From positions 51,139 through 115,138 of the forward strand of contig CAYJLA010000001.1 in the NCBI GenBank assembly GCA_964371305.1: DNA of 64,000 nucleotides, written 5' to 3'. Under the pieces are notes generated by a model. It was not told where the DNA came from and made no database searches. It was given only the letters and a program-made list of their open reading frames with translations. Of this stretch, positions 49,408-59,655 are shown one piece after another. Each line of letters starts with the position of its first letter. The stretch's first letter is position 1. The stretch comes from an uncultured Staphylococcaceae bacterium (GTDB taxonomy: Bacteria; Bacillota_I; Bacilli_A; RFN20; CAG-826). The position numbers were made by a program, and so were the translations under genes.

Positions 49408-50763
49408 CTACTTTTTAAACCTCTTTTTTATGTCTGCTATCGCCACACTTAAATCGTGGTTAGTTTTCAATCCGTTTTCCACATTCTTGCAAGCATTCAT
49501 GATTGTTGTGTGATCTTTCCCGCCAAAAACATCTCCAATCTTGGTATATGGCATATTTAACAATTCTCTCATTAAATACATAGCGATATGTCTTGGCCAA
49601 ACAATTTGACTTTGTCTTGATTTACTTGTTACTTGTGATGGAGACAAATTATAATAGGAAGCAACTGTGTTTAAAATGGTTAAATCATCCAATTTCTTAA
49701 CACCACCCCTAAATGAGTTTATTAAAGGTTTCAAGGCGTCTAAAGCAACTGAAAGCGTAATTCTTTCACAAGGATATGTGTTGATTGAATAGAAAATAAG
49801 CTTGGTTAAAGCTCCTTCTAACTCCCTCACATTGTTAGAAAAACGTTGAGCCATCAAGGTGATGACATCGTCATCAATTCTATCTATAGTTAAATCGGTG
49901 GCTTCAATTTTCTTGATAAGTATCGTTTTGCTTGTTTCAACATCCGGCTTATTTATATTAAGTACAAGAGACTGATTAAATCTGGATGTTAATCTCTCTT
50001 CCATATCTTGCAAATCGGAAGGTTGTTTGTCGCTTGTTAAAACAACTTGCTTGTTGTTGTTTATCAAAGTTGAAAATATGTTAAAGAAAAAGTTCTGTGT
50101 TTGTTTTTTTCCAGCTAACATTTGAATATCATCAACCAACAAAACATCAATAGATTTAAAGAAACTTGTAAAGTTGGCCATCTTATCTTCGCCAGTTACA
50201 CAAGAAACAAATTCGTCGATAAAATCTAGGCCGCTTATATAAAGGATTTTCATTGTTGGTTGCTTTTTCTTTATGTGGTTAGCTATGCCCTGCAACAAAT
50301 GTGTTTTTCCTAAACCAGAATTAGAGAAAATAAACAAAGGGTTAAACATCGTTCCTGGCGAGTCAGAAACCGTAATTGATGCTTGAAAAGCTTCTTTGTT
50401 ACAATCACCCACAACAAAATCAGAAAACGTCATGTTTGAATTAATGTGTGAGTGTGCAAAAAACTCAGGTTTTGGTGCTGTTTTGGTTGATTTTTTTAAA
50501 GCGGAAGATACGACAAAACTAACTACAAAATCAGATTCGGTAACTTCTTGAACAATACCAATAACCAACTCAGTATATTTCATTTTTATTAAATTGAGTG
50601 CCAAGTCTGTTTCTACGACAACCACTATTGTTTTGCCCTGAATCTCGTGTATATAGCTTCTAGAAAAAAATGTTGAAAAAACTATTTCATCATTAAGTTT
50701 TTCTTGAAGCCTGTTTAACACACGCTCCCACATTTTTTTAATTTCGCTCGGTCCACTATTCAT
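49408..50763 (-). CDS. dnaA: Chromosomal replication initiator DnaA
   Basis: AAA+ Walker A GLGKTHLL. Domain IV DNA-binding helix. 451 aa. Confidence 0.95.
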   Translation of the reverse strand: MNSGPSEIKKMWERVLNRLQEKLNDEIVFSTFFSRSYIHEIQGKTIVVVVETDLALNLIKMKYTELVIGIVQEVTESDFVVSFVVSSALKKSTKTAPKPEFFAHSHINSNMTFSDFVVGDCNKEAFQASITVSDSPGTMFNPLFIFSNSGLGKTHLLQGIANHIKKKQPTMKILYISGLDFIDEFVSCVTGEDKMANFTSFFKSIDVLLVDDIQMLAGKKQTQNFFFNIFSTLINNNKQVVLTSDKQPSDLQDMEERLTSRFNQSLVLNINKPDVETSKTILIKKIEATDLTIDRIDDDVITLMAQRFSNNVRELEGALTKLIFYSINTYPCERITLSVALDALKPLINSFRGGVKKLDDLTILNTVASYYNLSPSQVTSKSRQSQIVWPRHIAMYLMRELLNMPYTKIGDVFGGKDHTTIMNACKNVENGLKTNHDLSVAIADIKKRFKK

Positions 50764-51190
50764 ATAAATATCTCTACCTACTATTATACGTTATTCACAT
50801 AAAAATTACACAGAAAAAAGTACGATTTATGAGTTATCCACAATTCAACAAGAAAAAAGTACGAATTTTTGGGCAAAAATCCATGAAAAAAATATTATAA
50901 TTGTGGATAACTTTTGGATAAAAAATACCCACAAGGTGTGTGCATAAGTTTTACACAAATAAAGACAGTTGTACACATAAAAAACAATTGATAAACTCAA
51001 TAAAAACGCTATCTTTTCAACATAAAATAAAGCCGATATGCACATAGTTGTGAATTAGAAAAAACAACAAAACAGAATCATTATCAAAATACACTATGTG
51101 TAAACGAAGAAATAATTGACAATACTAGAGTGTTTATTTTATAATAAACGAGCATACACTTTTTAAAATGTATAGAATGGAGACAAAATT
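50764..51190. promoter_or_regulatory. oriC: AT-rich region upstream of dnaA with DnaA boxes, plus the rpmH promoter
   Basis: TTATCCACA at 50834-50842. TGTGGATAA at 50902-50910 with a weaker TTTGGATAA next to it. Divergent dnaA and rpmH. Confidence 0.7.
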
Positions 51191-51325
51191 ATGAAAAGAA
51201 CATATCAACCAAGTAAAAGAAAACACTCTAATGTACACGGCTTTAGAGCAAGAATGGCAACTGCTGGAGGAAGAAAAGTGCTAGCAGCAAGAAGAGCAAA
51301 AGGTAGAGCGGTTTTATCTGCCTAG
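51191..51325 (+). CDS. rpmH: 50S ribosomal protein L34
   Basis: [44 protein letters not shown]. 44 aa, so below the track's length cut-off. Confidence 0.95.
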   Translation: MKRTYQPSKRKHSNVHGFRARMATAGGRKVLAARRAKGRAVLSA

Positions 51326-51339
51326 TTCAGGGTTAGTTT

Positions 51340-51678
51340 GTGAAAAGAATTAATAGGGTTCGAAAATCGGCTGATTTTGAGAAACTTATTCATTCAAAAC
51401 AATCAATAAACACACCTGAAATTTTAGTATATTTTTTGGACAATTGTTTAAATCACACCAGAGTGGGTGTTGTTGCGTCTAAAAAAATCGGAAACGCTGT
51501 AAAGAGAAATAAAATTAAACGACAATTAAGACAAATGGCGATGAAAGAATCATTAAATGTTGGTGTTGATCTCATTTTTATAGCAAAGAAAAATTATAAT
51601 GTCGAGAACTTTTGTGAAAATAGCTGTGCTATACAAAAAGTTATTGATGAAATTAGGAGAAAAACAGATGAAAAGTAA
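51340..51678 (+). CDS. rnpA: RNase P protein component
   Basis: GTG start. RNR-like basic motif (KKIGNAVKRNKIKRQLR). Position after rpmH. Confidence 0.85.
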   Translation: MKRINRVRKSADFEKLIHSKQSINTPEILVYFLDNCLNHTRVGVVASKKIGNAVKRNKIKRQLRQMAMKESLNVGVDLIFIAKKNYNVENFCENSCAIQKVIDEIRRKTDEK

Positions 51679-53173
51679 ACGCATTAAAAAGTTTGCATTT
51701 ATATTAGCTGCTTTTTTTGGAGTCATCGTTTTAAGTGGTTGTACCGCGAATTTTTGCGCTGATATCGATAGAGCAAACATTCTTGTACCATTTGATAAAT
51801 CGTATGTAGAATATACAAGCGAAGCGACTGATGAAAAAAGTGTTCAAGTTTTTGCCGATAATACAAACATTTTTATGGATTATGATATAAGTAATTCTGA
51901 AATAATGAAGAGAACTATCGAAACAGCTGAATCAAGCAAAATAACAATACCTACAAACCAGTATTTCATAGAGATGGAAAAGATATTGCTTCTCGGCAAT
52001 GAAGATGTCGAATTTGAAGGGGCGTTTTCAATGTATGTTGATAAAGTTCTTGAGGACGAATCTCGTACCATTACAACTGCAAACGCTACAGTCGAAGACG
52101 TGAATAATGCATATAAGTATTTTGCATACACCAGATATTATAAAGAAGGTGATGCATTGTTTGATCCTTTCTTAGATTGGACAAATTATCTAAGAAGCGA
52201 CGCACAATTAGGGTTAGAACAATGTCCTAACTCAGATTTTTTAGCAATTTATATTAATAACGCAAATACACAAGTCAGCACTATTACTTCATGTATTGCT
52301 ACAACACCTGGCGAATATGGCAGCTATGGTCCTGACAATGAATCTGTAAACATTACAGAAAAAGATTGGGGATATGCTTGGAGTAAAGGTTTCTTAGAAG
52401 GTTTAATCATTTACCCTATCGCAATCATGATTGACACATTTGCTATCGCGTTTGGTCTAGGTGGATGGGGACAAGTGTTTGCTATCGCTTTAGTAACTCT
52501 TATTGTTAAAGGTATTGTTTTTGCAATAACATTTAAAGGTACTATGGGACAACAAAAAATGACAATGTTGCAACCAGAAATTAGTAAGTTACAAGCTAAA
52601 TACCCTAATTCAAACACTAACCAAGCACAAAAACAAAGGTTAGCACAAGAACAACAAGCTCTTTATAAAAAACATAAAATAAACATATTTGCGCCGTTTA
52701 TTACATTGATATTGCAATTTCCTGTGTTTATTTGTGTATGGGGAGCTATGCAAGGCGCTGCAGTATTATCAACAGACTCCGTTTTAGGTTTACAGCTCGA
52801 TACATCAATTTGGGATACAGTTAGCAACTTTGCTTCATGGCCTAATTTTGATGGCTGGTGGACTGCTGCTGTATTGTTCATTTTATTAACAGCCGCTCAA
52901 ATCATATCAATGAAGTTGCCACAAATTATTCAAAAACGCAGAGAAAAACAAATGCCTAAGTTAACAAAAAACCCTGCTGCACAATCAACGCAAAAACAAA
53001 TGAAGATCATAATGTATGTAATGATGGCAGTTATTATATTCATGGGCGCAACGTTGCCTGCAGGTATGGCTGTTTATTGGTTTATGAGTGCTTTGTTCTC
53101 TATTGGACAAACATTTGTGACACAAGCAATTTTATCAAGACAAATTAATAAGAAAAATAGAGGTAGAAAATAA
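51668..53173 (+). CDS. yidC: Membrane protein insertase YidC/SpoIIIJ-type lipoprotein with extended N-terminal extracytoplasmic domain
   Basis: Lipobox VLSGC after ATG at 51668 (RBS AGGAGA). C-terminal 5-TM insertase core. Basic C-terminal tail (KKNRGRK). Confidence 0.8.
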   Translation: MKSKRIKKFAFILAAFFGVIVLSGCTANFCADIDRANILVPFDKSYVEYTSEATDEKSVQVFADNTNIFMDYDISNSEIMKRTIETAESSKITIPTNQYFIEMEKILLLGNEDVEFEGAFSMYVDKVLEDESRTITTANATVEDVNNAYKYFAYTRYYKEGDALFDPFLDWTNYLRSDAQLGLEQCPNSDFLAIYINNANTQVSTITSCIATTPGEYGSYGPDNESVNITEKDWGYAWSKGFLEGLIIYPIAIMIDTFAIAFGLGGWGQVFAIALVTLIVKGIVFAITFKGTMGQQKMTMLQPEISKLQAKYPNSNTNQAQKQRLAQEQQALYKKHKINIFAPFITLILQFPVFICVWGAMQGAAVLSTDSVLGLQLDTSIWDTVSNFASWPNFDGWWTAAVLFILLTAAQIISMKLPQIIQKRREKQMPKLTKNPAAQSTQKQMKIIMYVMMAVIIFMGATLPAGMAVYWFMSALFSIGQTFVTQAILSRQINKKNRGRK

Positions 53174-53778
53174 TGAAAATATTTACAGGAAAAACTTTAA
53201 ACGAAGTTATTGAAAAAGCCGCCGAAGAGGTCGGTGTTGAAGTTGTCGATTTAGTTTATTCGATTACAGAAGAAAAGAAATCACTATTTTCAAAAAGTGT
53301 TTCAATTGAGGTATACACTATTGAAGATGCAGCTGAATACGGTTGTACTTATTTAAAAGATGTACTTGGTTCTTTAGGTGTTTCGGCTGAAGTTACACAC
53401 GATATCAACGATAAGACAATTAGAATAAATATCGAAAGTGAAAATAATCCAATCGTTATTGGCAAAAACGGTTCTACATTACAAGCACTTAATGAAATCA
53501 CAAGACTTGCTATTTCAACTAAATTCAAAAGATGGTATGTTGTCTTATTAGATGCTGGCGACTACAAGAATAAGAAGTATTCAAAACTAATTAAAATCGC
53601 AAGAGATCAAGCAAAAATAGTACAAAAAACAAAAGTTGATGTAAAACTCGATCCTATGACTAGTGATGAAAGAAGAATTATACATTTAACATTAAAAGAA
53701 TATTCAAGAATAAAAACTGAGTCTGAAGGAACGATGAACATGCGTTCTATTACAATTAAATACGTAGGTGATAAATAG
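53173..53778 (+). CDS. jag: Jag/KhpB RNA-binding protein (KH and R3H domains)
   Basis: Position after yidC. R3H region near the C-terminus. Confidence 0.75.
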   Translation: MKIFTGKTLNEVIEKAAEEVGVEVVDLVYSITEEKKSLFSKSVSIEVYTIEDAAEYGCTYLKDVLGSLGVSAEVTHDINDKTIRINIESENNPIVIGKNGSTLQALNEITRLAISTKFKRWYVVLLDAGDYKNKKYSKLIKIARDQAKIVQKTKVDVKLDPMTSDERRIIHLTLKEYSRIKTESEGTMNMRSITIKYVGDK

Positions 53779-53813
53779 GGCGAAAGCTCTATTTTTATTA
53801 TATAATATAAGAT

Positions 53814-55136
53814 ATGGATATTATTGTTGCTTTAGCTAGTGGTATATCAAAATCCGCCCTTTCTGTAATACGTTTAAGTGGACAAGGATGTTTTGAATTG
53901 ATTGAAGGTGTTTTTTCACGCAAATTAAACAAAACAACTAACCAAAATATATACTATGGAAAAATCATTGATGGGCAAGCTACTATTGATGAAGTTGTCT
54001 TATTACAATATAAAAATCCATATTCGTTTACGGGCGAAGATTCGGTTGAAATAATGTGTCACGGCTCTATGTTGATTGTTGATGAAATTATTGCTCTTTT
54101 ACTTTCCAAAGGTGCTAGATACGCTTCTAACGGCGAATTCTCATCAAGGTCGTTTCTAAACGGTAAGATAGACCTTATTCAAGCAGAATCTATTAATGAT
54201 ATGATTAATGCAACCACAAAAGAAGCAAAGAACATTTCTTTAATGGCACTATCTGGAGAAGTTAGTAAAAAAATTGTTCCATGTAGAACATTATTGGCGG
54301 ATTTGTTAGCAAACATCGAGGTTAATATTGATTATCCAGAGTATGAAGACATCGAAGAAGTTACAAAAAAACGAGTTGTAAAAGATGTAGGAGAAGCACT
54401 AAAACAACTAGGCGAGTTTATAGATTTTGGACAACAAGGAAGAATAGTTAAAGAAGGCGTTACTGTTGCAATAGTAGGTAAGCCAAACGTCGGTAAATCA
54501 AGTTTGCTTAACGCAATTATAAAACAAGACAAAGCTATCGTAACGAGTGTTCCAGGAACAACTAGAGACGTGGTTGAAGGAGAAGTTAATCTCAACGGAA
54601 TATTGTTAAGGTTGCTAGATACAGCAGGCATAAGAGAAAGTGATGATGAAGTTGAAAGTATAGGTATAACTAAATCGATCGAAAAGATGAATTCTGCAGA
54701 CTTAGTAATTGCCGTTTTTGATGAATCTAACTTCACTAAAGAAGATGAAGAACTATATGTCGCGGTGAAAGAAAAAAACTCTATAATTGTTTATAATAAA
54801 GCGGACAAAATCGTTCATAAAGACGAAAATAAACTATACATATCAGCATTAAATAACGATGTTGAACCACTACTTAATCAAATAAAACTTACATTAGGAA
54901 TAGATGAAATTGTTTTTAATACACCAACTTTTGCTAACGCAAGAGAAATAGGGTTATTGAAGAGAGCTCATAACGCGCTAATTCAGGCACAAAACGATGC
55001 AGAACTAGATCTTCCTATTGATTTAGTTGCTACAAGTCTAATACACGCTTTAAACGCTATAGAAGAACTTACAGGAGAAAGCAAAAACGTCGATATAACA
55101 AAAGAAATATTTTCTCGTTTTTGTGTAGGTAAATAA
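53814..55136 (+). CDS. mnmE: tRNA modification GTPase MnmE
   Basis: G-domain GKPNVGKSSLLN and DTAG. C-terminal CVGK motif. Confidence 0.9.
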   Translation: MDIIVALASGISKSALSVIRLSGQGCFELIEGVFSRKLNKTTNQNIYYGKIIDGQATIDEVVLLQYKNPYSFTGEDSVEIMCHGSMLIVDEIIALLLSKGARYASNGEFSSRSFLNGKIDLIQAESINDMINATTKEAKNISLMALSGEVSKKIVPCRTLLADLLANIEVNIDYPEYEDIEEVTKKRVVKDVGEALKQLGEFIDFGQQGRIVKEGVTVAIVGKPNVGKSSLLNAIIKQDKAIVTSVPGTTRDVVEGEVNLNGILLRLLDTAGIRESDDEVESIGITKSIEKMNSADLVIAVFDESNFTKEDEELYVAVKEKNSIIVYNKADKIVHKDENKLYISALNNDVEPLLNQIKLTLGIDEIVFNTPTFANAREIGLLKRAHNALIQAQNDAELDLPIDLVATSLIHALNAIEELTGESKNVDITKEIFSRFCVGK

Positions 55137-55140
55137 ATTT

Positions 55141-55926
55141 ATGATAATTGACAGTCATGTTCATTTAAATAGAGTAGAGTTTTTGGGTAACGAAGAACAA
55201 TATATAAAAGAATCACAAGAGAGTGGAGTTAATGTGTTTTTTAATTCGGCATGGGATATAAGATCCAGTTTAATTACGCTTGAACAAGCTGAAAAATTTG
55301 AGTGCATTAAACCTATGATAGGCATTCATCCAAATGATGTAGTGAACGCTAAATTAGAAGATTTGATTAAGTTAGATGAACTTCTAAACAACAAAAAAGT
55401 CATCGCTGTGGGCGAAATTGGCCTAGATTATCATTATAGTAATAATGATGAAGAGAAAAATATGCAAAAAATGTTCCTTGTGGAACAATTGAAATTAGCG
55501 AATAAGCATCGCCTTCCTGTTTGTATTCATTGCAGAGAAGCTATTAACGATACTTTAGAAATAATTAAGAAAAATCCCGTTGAAATGGGTGGAGTTTTTC
55601 ATTGCTTCAGTGGATCGGTCGAAACAGCTAAAGAGTTAGAAAAATTGAATTTCATGATCGGGATAGGTGGAACCGTGACTTTTAAAAATGCCAAAACAAT
55701 TATTGATGTCGTACGCGAAGTGCCACTTACCAGGATTTTAGTAGAAACAGATGCGCCATTTCTGGCGCCGCACCCTTATAGAGGAAAACAAAACCATTCA
55801 AAGTATTTACCTTTGATTATAGAAAAGATTTCGCAAATTAAAAACATCAACACAAAAGAAGTTGAGGAGCAAATTTTAAGCAATACATTGCGTTTGTTCC
55901 ACGTGAAACAATATGAACAAAATTGA
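55141..55926 (+). CDS. tatD: TatD-family metal-dependent DNase
   Basis: DSHVHL N-terminus. ETDAPFLAPHPYRGK C-terminal motif. Confidence 0.85.
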   Translation: MIIDSHVHLNRVEFLGNEEQYIKESQESGVNVFFNSAWDIRSSLITLEQAEKFECIKPMIGIHPNDVVNAKLEDLIKLDELLNNKKVIAVGEIGLDYHYSNNDEEKNMQKMFLVEQLKLANKHRLPVCIHCREAINDTLEIIKKNPVEMGGVFHCFSGSVETAKELEKLNFMIGIGGTVTFKNAKTIIDVVREVPLTRILVETDAPFLAPHPYRGKQNHSKYLPLIIEKISQIKNINTKEVEEQILSNTLRLFHVKQYEQN

Positions 55927-56476
55927 CATGACACCCTTTGTTATCGTTGTAGAGGGCACATCTGATGTTGCATTTTTAAGCAGTTTTATCGATGCGGAAT
56001 TTGTAATTACTAATGGGTCTAGTGTTCCACGTGAAACTATTGAATATTTGATGCAGATTGCACTGAACAAAGAGATTATAATACTGACTGACCCTGATTA
56101 TCCAGGACAACAAATAAGACACAAAATTGAAACCCATGTTGCTAACGTCAAGCATGCGTACGTTACTAAAGCATTAAGTATTAAGAAAAACAAAGTTGGT
56201 GTCGCTGAATGTGATAAAAAAGAAGTTATAAGGGCGTTACAACATGTTATGTCCGATAGTAACGCGAATAACCAAACAGGAACGCTCACAACAAAAGATC
56301 TTTATGAGTTGAAACTAATAGGAGCAGAAGACTCTGCAAATAGAAGAAACTATATAATGGAAATATTTAATGTTGGGTTTTGTAATGGCAAAACGCTACT
56401 TAAAAGACTGAATGCTATTGGCATTTCAAAAGAAAAAATATGCGAAAGAATGAGGAAATACGATGAGCAATACTAA
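55913..56476 (+). CDS. rnmV: Ribonuclease M5 (Toprim)
   Basis: VIVVEGTSD and LTDPDYPG Toprim motifs. Follows tatD as in Bacillus. Confidence 0.8.
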   Translation: MNKIDMTPFVIVVEGTSDVAFLSSFIDAEFVITNGSSVPRETIEYLMQIALNKEIIILTDPDYPGQQIRHKIETHVANVKHAYVTKALSIKKNKVGVAECDKKEVIRALQHVMSDSNANNQTGTLTTKDLYELKLIGAEDSANRRNYIMEIFNVGFCNGKTLLKRLNAIGISKEKICERMRKYDEQY

Positions 56477-57308
56477 TATTATAGAAATTAACAAGGAAAT
56501 GAAAAAATATGCTTCAAAAGACCTTGGACAAAATTTCCTTGTAGATATAAACACAATTACTAAAATCGTTTCTTTAATAAAGAGTGAATCAGGAGAACGA
56601 ATCTTGGAAATTGGCAGCGGTTTTGGTGCGTTGTCTCATAAATTGATTGAATTGAATTTTGAAAGTTTGATTTTAAATGACGTAGACGAAAGATCAATTG
56701 AATTTTTAAACAACGAGTTTAAAGACGATGCTCGCGTATCTGTTCTTAAAGCTTCAGTTCTCAAACTAGATGTAAGCGATTTTACACAAATAATTGGAAA
56801 TCTCCCTTATTATATAACGACCAAAATACTTGAAAAGATATTACTAGAAGGTGTGAAGTGTAAAAATTTCGTGTTTATGGTTCAAAAAGAATTAAAAGAA
56901 AGATTGTTCGCTGCTGTTTCTTCTGAAGATTATGGACCACTTAACTTACTTATACAACTTAGAGGTCAAGTAAGTGAAGAGTTTTCGGTAGGTAGAAACT
57001 GTTTTGCCCCAGCACCACATGTTGATTCAGCCGTTTTTAAGATTGAACTATTAAATGAAATAAAAGGTATAGAATATAATAAAAACTTTTACTGGATTGT
57101 AAAAAAAATGTTCTTACACCGTAGAAAAACAATATTTAATAATTTATCCATTTATATAAAAAACAAAATAGAAGCAGCAAGTATTTTAAAAGAAGCTGAC
57201 ATAAAACCAAGCAGCAGACCACAAAACATCAATGTTGAACAATATATGAGGTTAGTCACCATATTGAAACAAAAAAACGTATGGCACGACATAAAAGAAA
57301 AAAATTAA
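56463..57308 (+). CDS. rsmA: 16S rRNA (adenine1518/1519-N6)-dimethyltransferase
   Basis: GQNFLVD motif. SAM-binding EIGSGFGALS. NLPY motif. Confidence 0.9.
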   Translation: MSNTNIIEINKEMKKYASKDLGQNFLVDINTITKIVSLIKSESGERILEIGSGFGALSHKLIELNFESLILNDVDERSIEFLNNEFKDDARVSVLKASVLKLDVSDFTQIIGNLPYYITTKILEKILLEGVKCKNFVFMVQKELKERLFAAVSSEDYGPLNLLIQLRGQVSEEFSVGRNCFAPAPHVDSAVFKIELLNEIKGIEYNKNFYWIVKKMFLHRRKTIFNNLSIYIKNKIEAASILKEADIKPSSRPQNINVEQYMRLVTILKQKNVWHDIKEKN

Positions 57309-57348
57309 TAATTATTTGATATAAAAAAATATTATAATTAATTGTGTT

Positions 57349-58239
57349 ATGAATATTAAGTCATATGCAAAGATAAATATTTGCTTAAATATAGTTGGAA
57401 CAAATAAAGAAAATTACCATCTTTTAGATATGGTAAATTTACCTTTGGATATTTATGATGTTCTATCTATCGATATCAACGATAATGGTAGAAGTTATTC
57501 ATGCGTCAATGTGACTAATTATGAACAACTTATTGCATGCAAAGACAATATTTGTTACAAGGCAATTCAACTTCTAAGGAAAAAGTTCGGTTTTACTCAT
57601 TCAATAACTGTAACAATTAGTAAAAACATACCTATTGGTGCTGGTATGGGTGGCGGTAGCAGTAATGCTGCGCACTTAATTAAATATATCAATGAGTACT
57701 TAAAGCTTAATATCAGTTCAACTGACATGAAAGAATTTTGTTTACGATTAGGCGCAGATTGCCCGTATTTTATTGAAAGCAAACCTGCTAGAGTGAGTGG
57801 TATAGGTGAAATTGTTGAGTCGTTTGAGTTAAAAACAGAATACTATTGTATTATTCTAAAAGGTTCTATAGGCCTAAACACAAAAGAGGTTTATGATACG
57901 TATGATGAGGTATCAGGAAATAATGGAAATATACAAGGAACCATCGAATCTTTAGTGGAAGGTAATGAAGAAGAATTAAGTAACAATATAGAAAACGCAC
58001 TGGTGAGAAGCGCAACTATGATGCTTCCAGAAATTAAAGATCATATTGAGGTTCTAAAACAAGAAGGGTTGAAAGTCGTTGGCATGACAGGCTCTGGATC
58101 ATCGGTGTTTGGTATTACTAAAGATAAGAAGTTGGCAAAAAAAGTTTATATAAATCTCAGAAAAAATAACATCAATTCGATGTTAACAAAAATACATAGA
58201 AAGGACAGTTTATGGAAAAAATTAATGCAATTATTTTAG
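57349..58239 (+). CDS. ispE: 4-diphosphocytidyl-2-C-methyl-D-erythritol kinase
   Basis: GHMP kinase motif IPIGAGMGGGSSNAA. N-terminal KINICLN. Confidence 0.85.
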   Translation: MNIKSYAKINICLNIVGTNKENYHLLDMVNLPLDIYDVLSIDINDNGRSYSCVNVTNYEQLIACKDNICYKAIQLLRKKFGFTHSITVTISKNIPIGAGMGGGSSNAAHLIKYINEYLKLNISSTDMKEFCLRLGADCPYFIESKPARVSGIGEIVESFELKTEYYCIILKGSIGLNTKEVYDTYDEVSGNNGNIQGTIESLVEGNEEELSNNIENALVRSATMMLPEIKDHIEVLKQEGLKVVGMTGSGSSVFGITKDKKLAKKVYINLRKNNINSMLTKIHRKDSLWKKLMQLF

Positions 58240-59585
58240 CGGCAGGAAAAGGAACAAGGATGAAAAGTGAATTAGATCACATTTCTAAGGTTGGTTATCC
58301 TATATTAGGTGTTCCTGTAGTTAAATATGTTGTTGATGCTGTTAAAGATTCAGGAGCAACAAAGATTATTACAGTTATTGGTCACGCTGGGGAGTATACA
58401 AAAAGTGTGCTAGAAGGTGATAGTTGCTTTGTTTGGCAACATGAGCAAAAAGGTACAGGTCACGCCGTAAAGATGGCTAAAGAAGAGCTTGATAAAGATG
58501 GGTTAACGATTGTTTTATGTGGAGATGCTCCATTAATAAGAGCCGAAACTCTTCAAAAATTAATTAAACAACATAAGGATGAAGGTAATGACCAAACTTT
58601 ACTTAGCGCAATTGTTCCAAATCCGTTTGGATATGGCAGAATATTAAGAGATGCCAGTGGTAAAATGGTTAATTCAGTTGAACAGACAGATGCAAGCGAA
58701 GAGCAAGCAAAAATTACTGAAGTAAATACTGGTGTTGTAGTATTTAATAACAAAGCTTTATTGGAGTGTTTGGATTTATTACATAACAACAACAAAAAAG
58801 GAGAATACTACTTAACTCAATTAATCGCGATCATGCTTGAAAAAGATTACAAAGTTAATGCAGCAATTATGGATGATTATAGAGAAATGGCGGGAATAAA
58901 TGATAGAAATCAATTAGCTCACGCGCAAAAAGAATTGCAATTGAGAATAAACTTAAAGCATATGCTTAACGGAGTATCTTTGTTAGATACAAACAATACA
59001 TACATCGGACCATATGTTAAAATAGGTTGCGATACGTATATTGAACCAAACGTTATGCTATTTGGTAACACTGTAATTGGTAAAGAAAACCATATCGGAA
59101 TGGGGACAACTCTTAAAGATGTAATAATAGGCGATAAGAACACAATTATGTCTAGCGATATTAAATCATCAACAATTATGAATAATTGCAAAATTGGGCC
59201 TTTTACACACATTAGAGAAGGCAATACTATTAATGATGGATGTAAAGTTGGTAGTTATGTAGAAATTAAAAAGGTTGAATTAGGAAAAGGTTCTAAAATT
59301 CCTCACTTATCATATGTTGGCGACACTAAAATTGGTGAGCGCTGCAATATTGGTGCAGGAACAATTACTGCAAATTACGATGGAGTTAATAAATTTAACA
59401 CAGTAATAGAAGATAACGTCTTTGTAGGAACTAATTCAACACTTGTAGCGCCTATAACGCTTGAAAAGAACTCTTTTGTCGCTGCAGGAAGCACAATTAC
59501 TGAGAAAGTCGCTTCTGATGATTTAGCCATTGGAAGAGCGAGACAAGTAAATAAAACAGGCTACGCACGTAAATACAAAAAATAG
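58212..59585 (+). CDS. glmU: Bifunctional UDP-N-acetylglucosamine pyrophosphorylase / glucosamine-1-phosphate acetyltransferase
   Basis: LAAGKGTRMKS. Left-handed beta-helix hexapeptide repeats in the C-terminal half. Confidence 0.9.
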   Translation: MEKINAIILAAGKGTRMKSELDHISKVGYPILGVPVVKYVVDAVKDSGATKIITVIGHAGEYTKSVLEGDSCFVWQHEQKGTGHAVKMAKEELDKDGLTIVLCGDAPLIRAETLQKLIKQHKDEGNDQTLLSAIVPNPFGYGRILRDASGKMVNSVEQTDASEEQAKITEVNTGVVVFNNKALLECLDLLHNNNKKGEYYLTQLIAIMLEKDYKVNAAIMDDYREMAGINDRNQLAHAQKELQLRINLKHMLNGVSLLDTNNTYIGPYVKIGCDTYIEPNVMLFGNTVIGKENHIGMGTTLKDVIIGDKNTIMSSDIKSSTIMNNCKIGPFTHIREGNTINDGCKVGSYVEIKKVELGKGSKIPHLSYVGDTKIGERCNIGAGTITANYDGVNKFNTVIEDNVFVGTNSTLVAPITLEKNSFVAAGSTITEKVASDDLAIGRARQVNKTGYARKYKK

Positions 59586-59610
59586 ATCAAGCAGTTATAT
59601 TTTTAAAAAA

Positions 59611-59643
59611 AGAAAAGCACGGACAATAAGCCGTGCTTTTTAA
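59611..59643. terminator. Bidirectional terminator hairpin (AAGCACGG-acaataag-CCGTGCTT) between glmU and ppdK
   Basis: 8-bp GC-rich stem flanked by A and T tracts. Confidence 0.7.
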
Positions 59644-59655
59644 GTGTTATAATTA

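Noticed and set aside
50845-51045. 66-aa minus-strand ORF inside the dnaA upstream region
   Set aside because: It falls within the AT-rich oriC/DnaA-box region. It has a hydrophobic, low-complexity translation and no RBS, so it is not considered coding.
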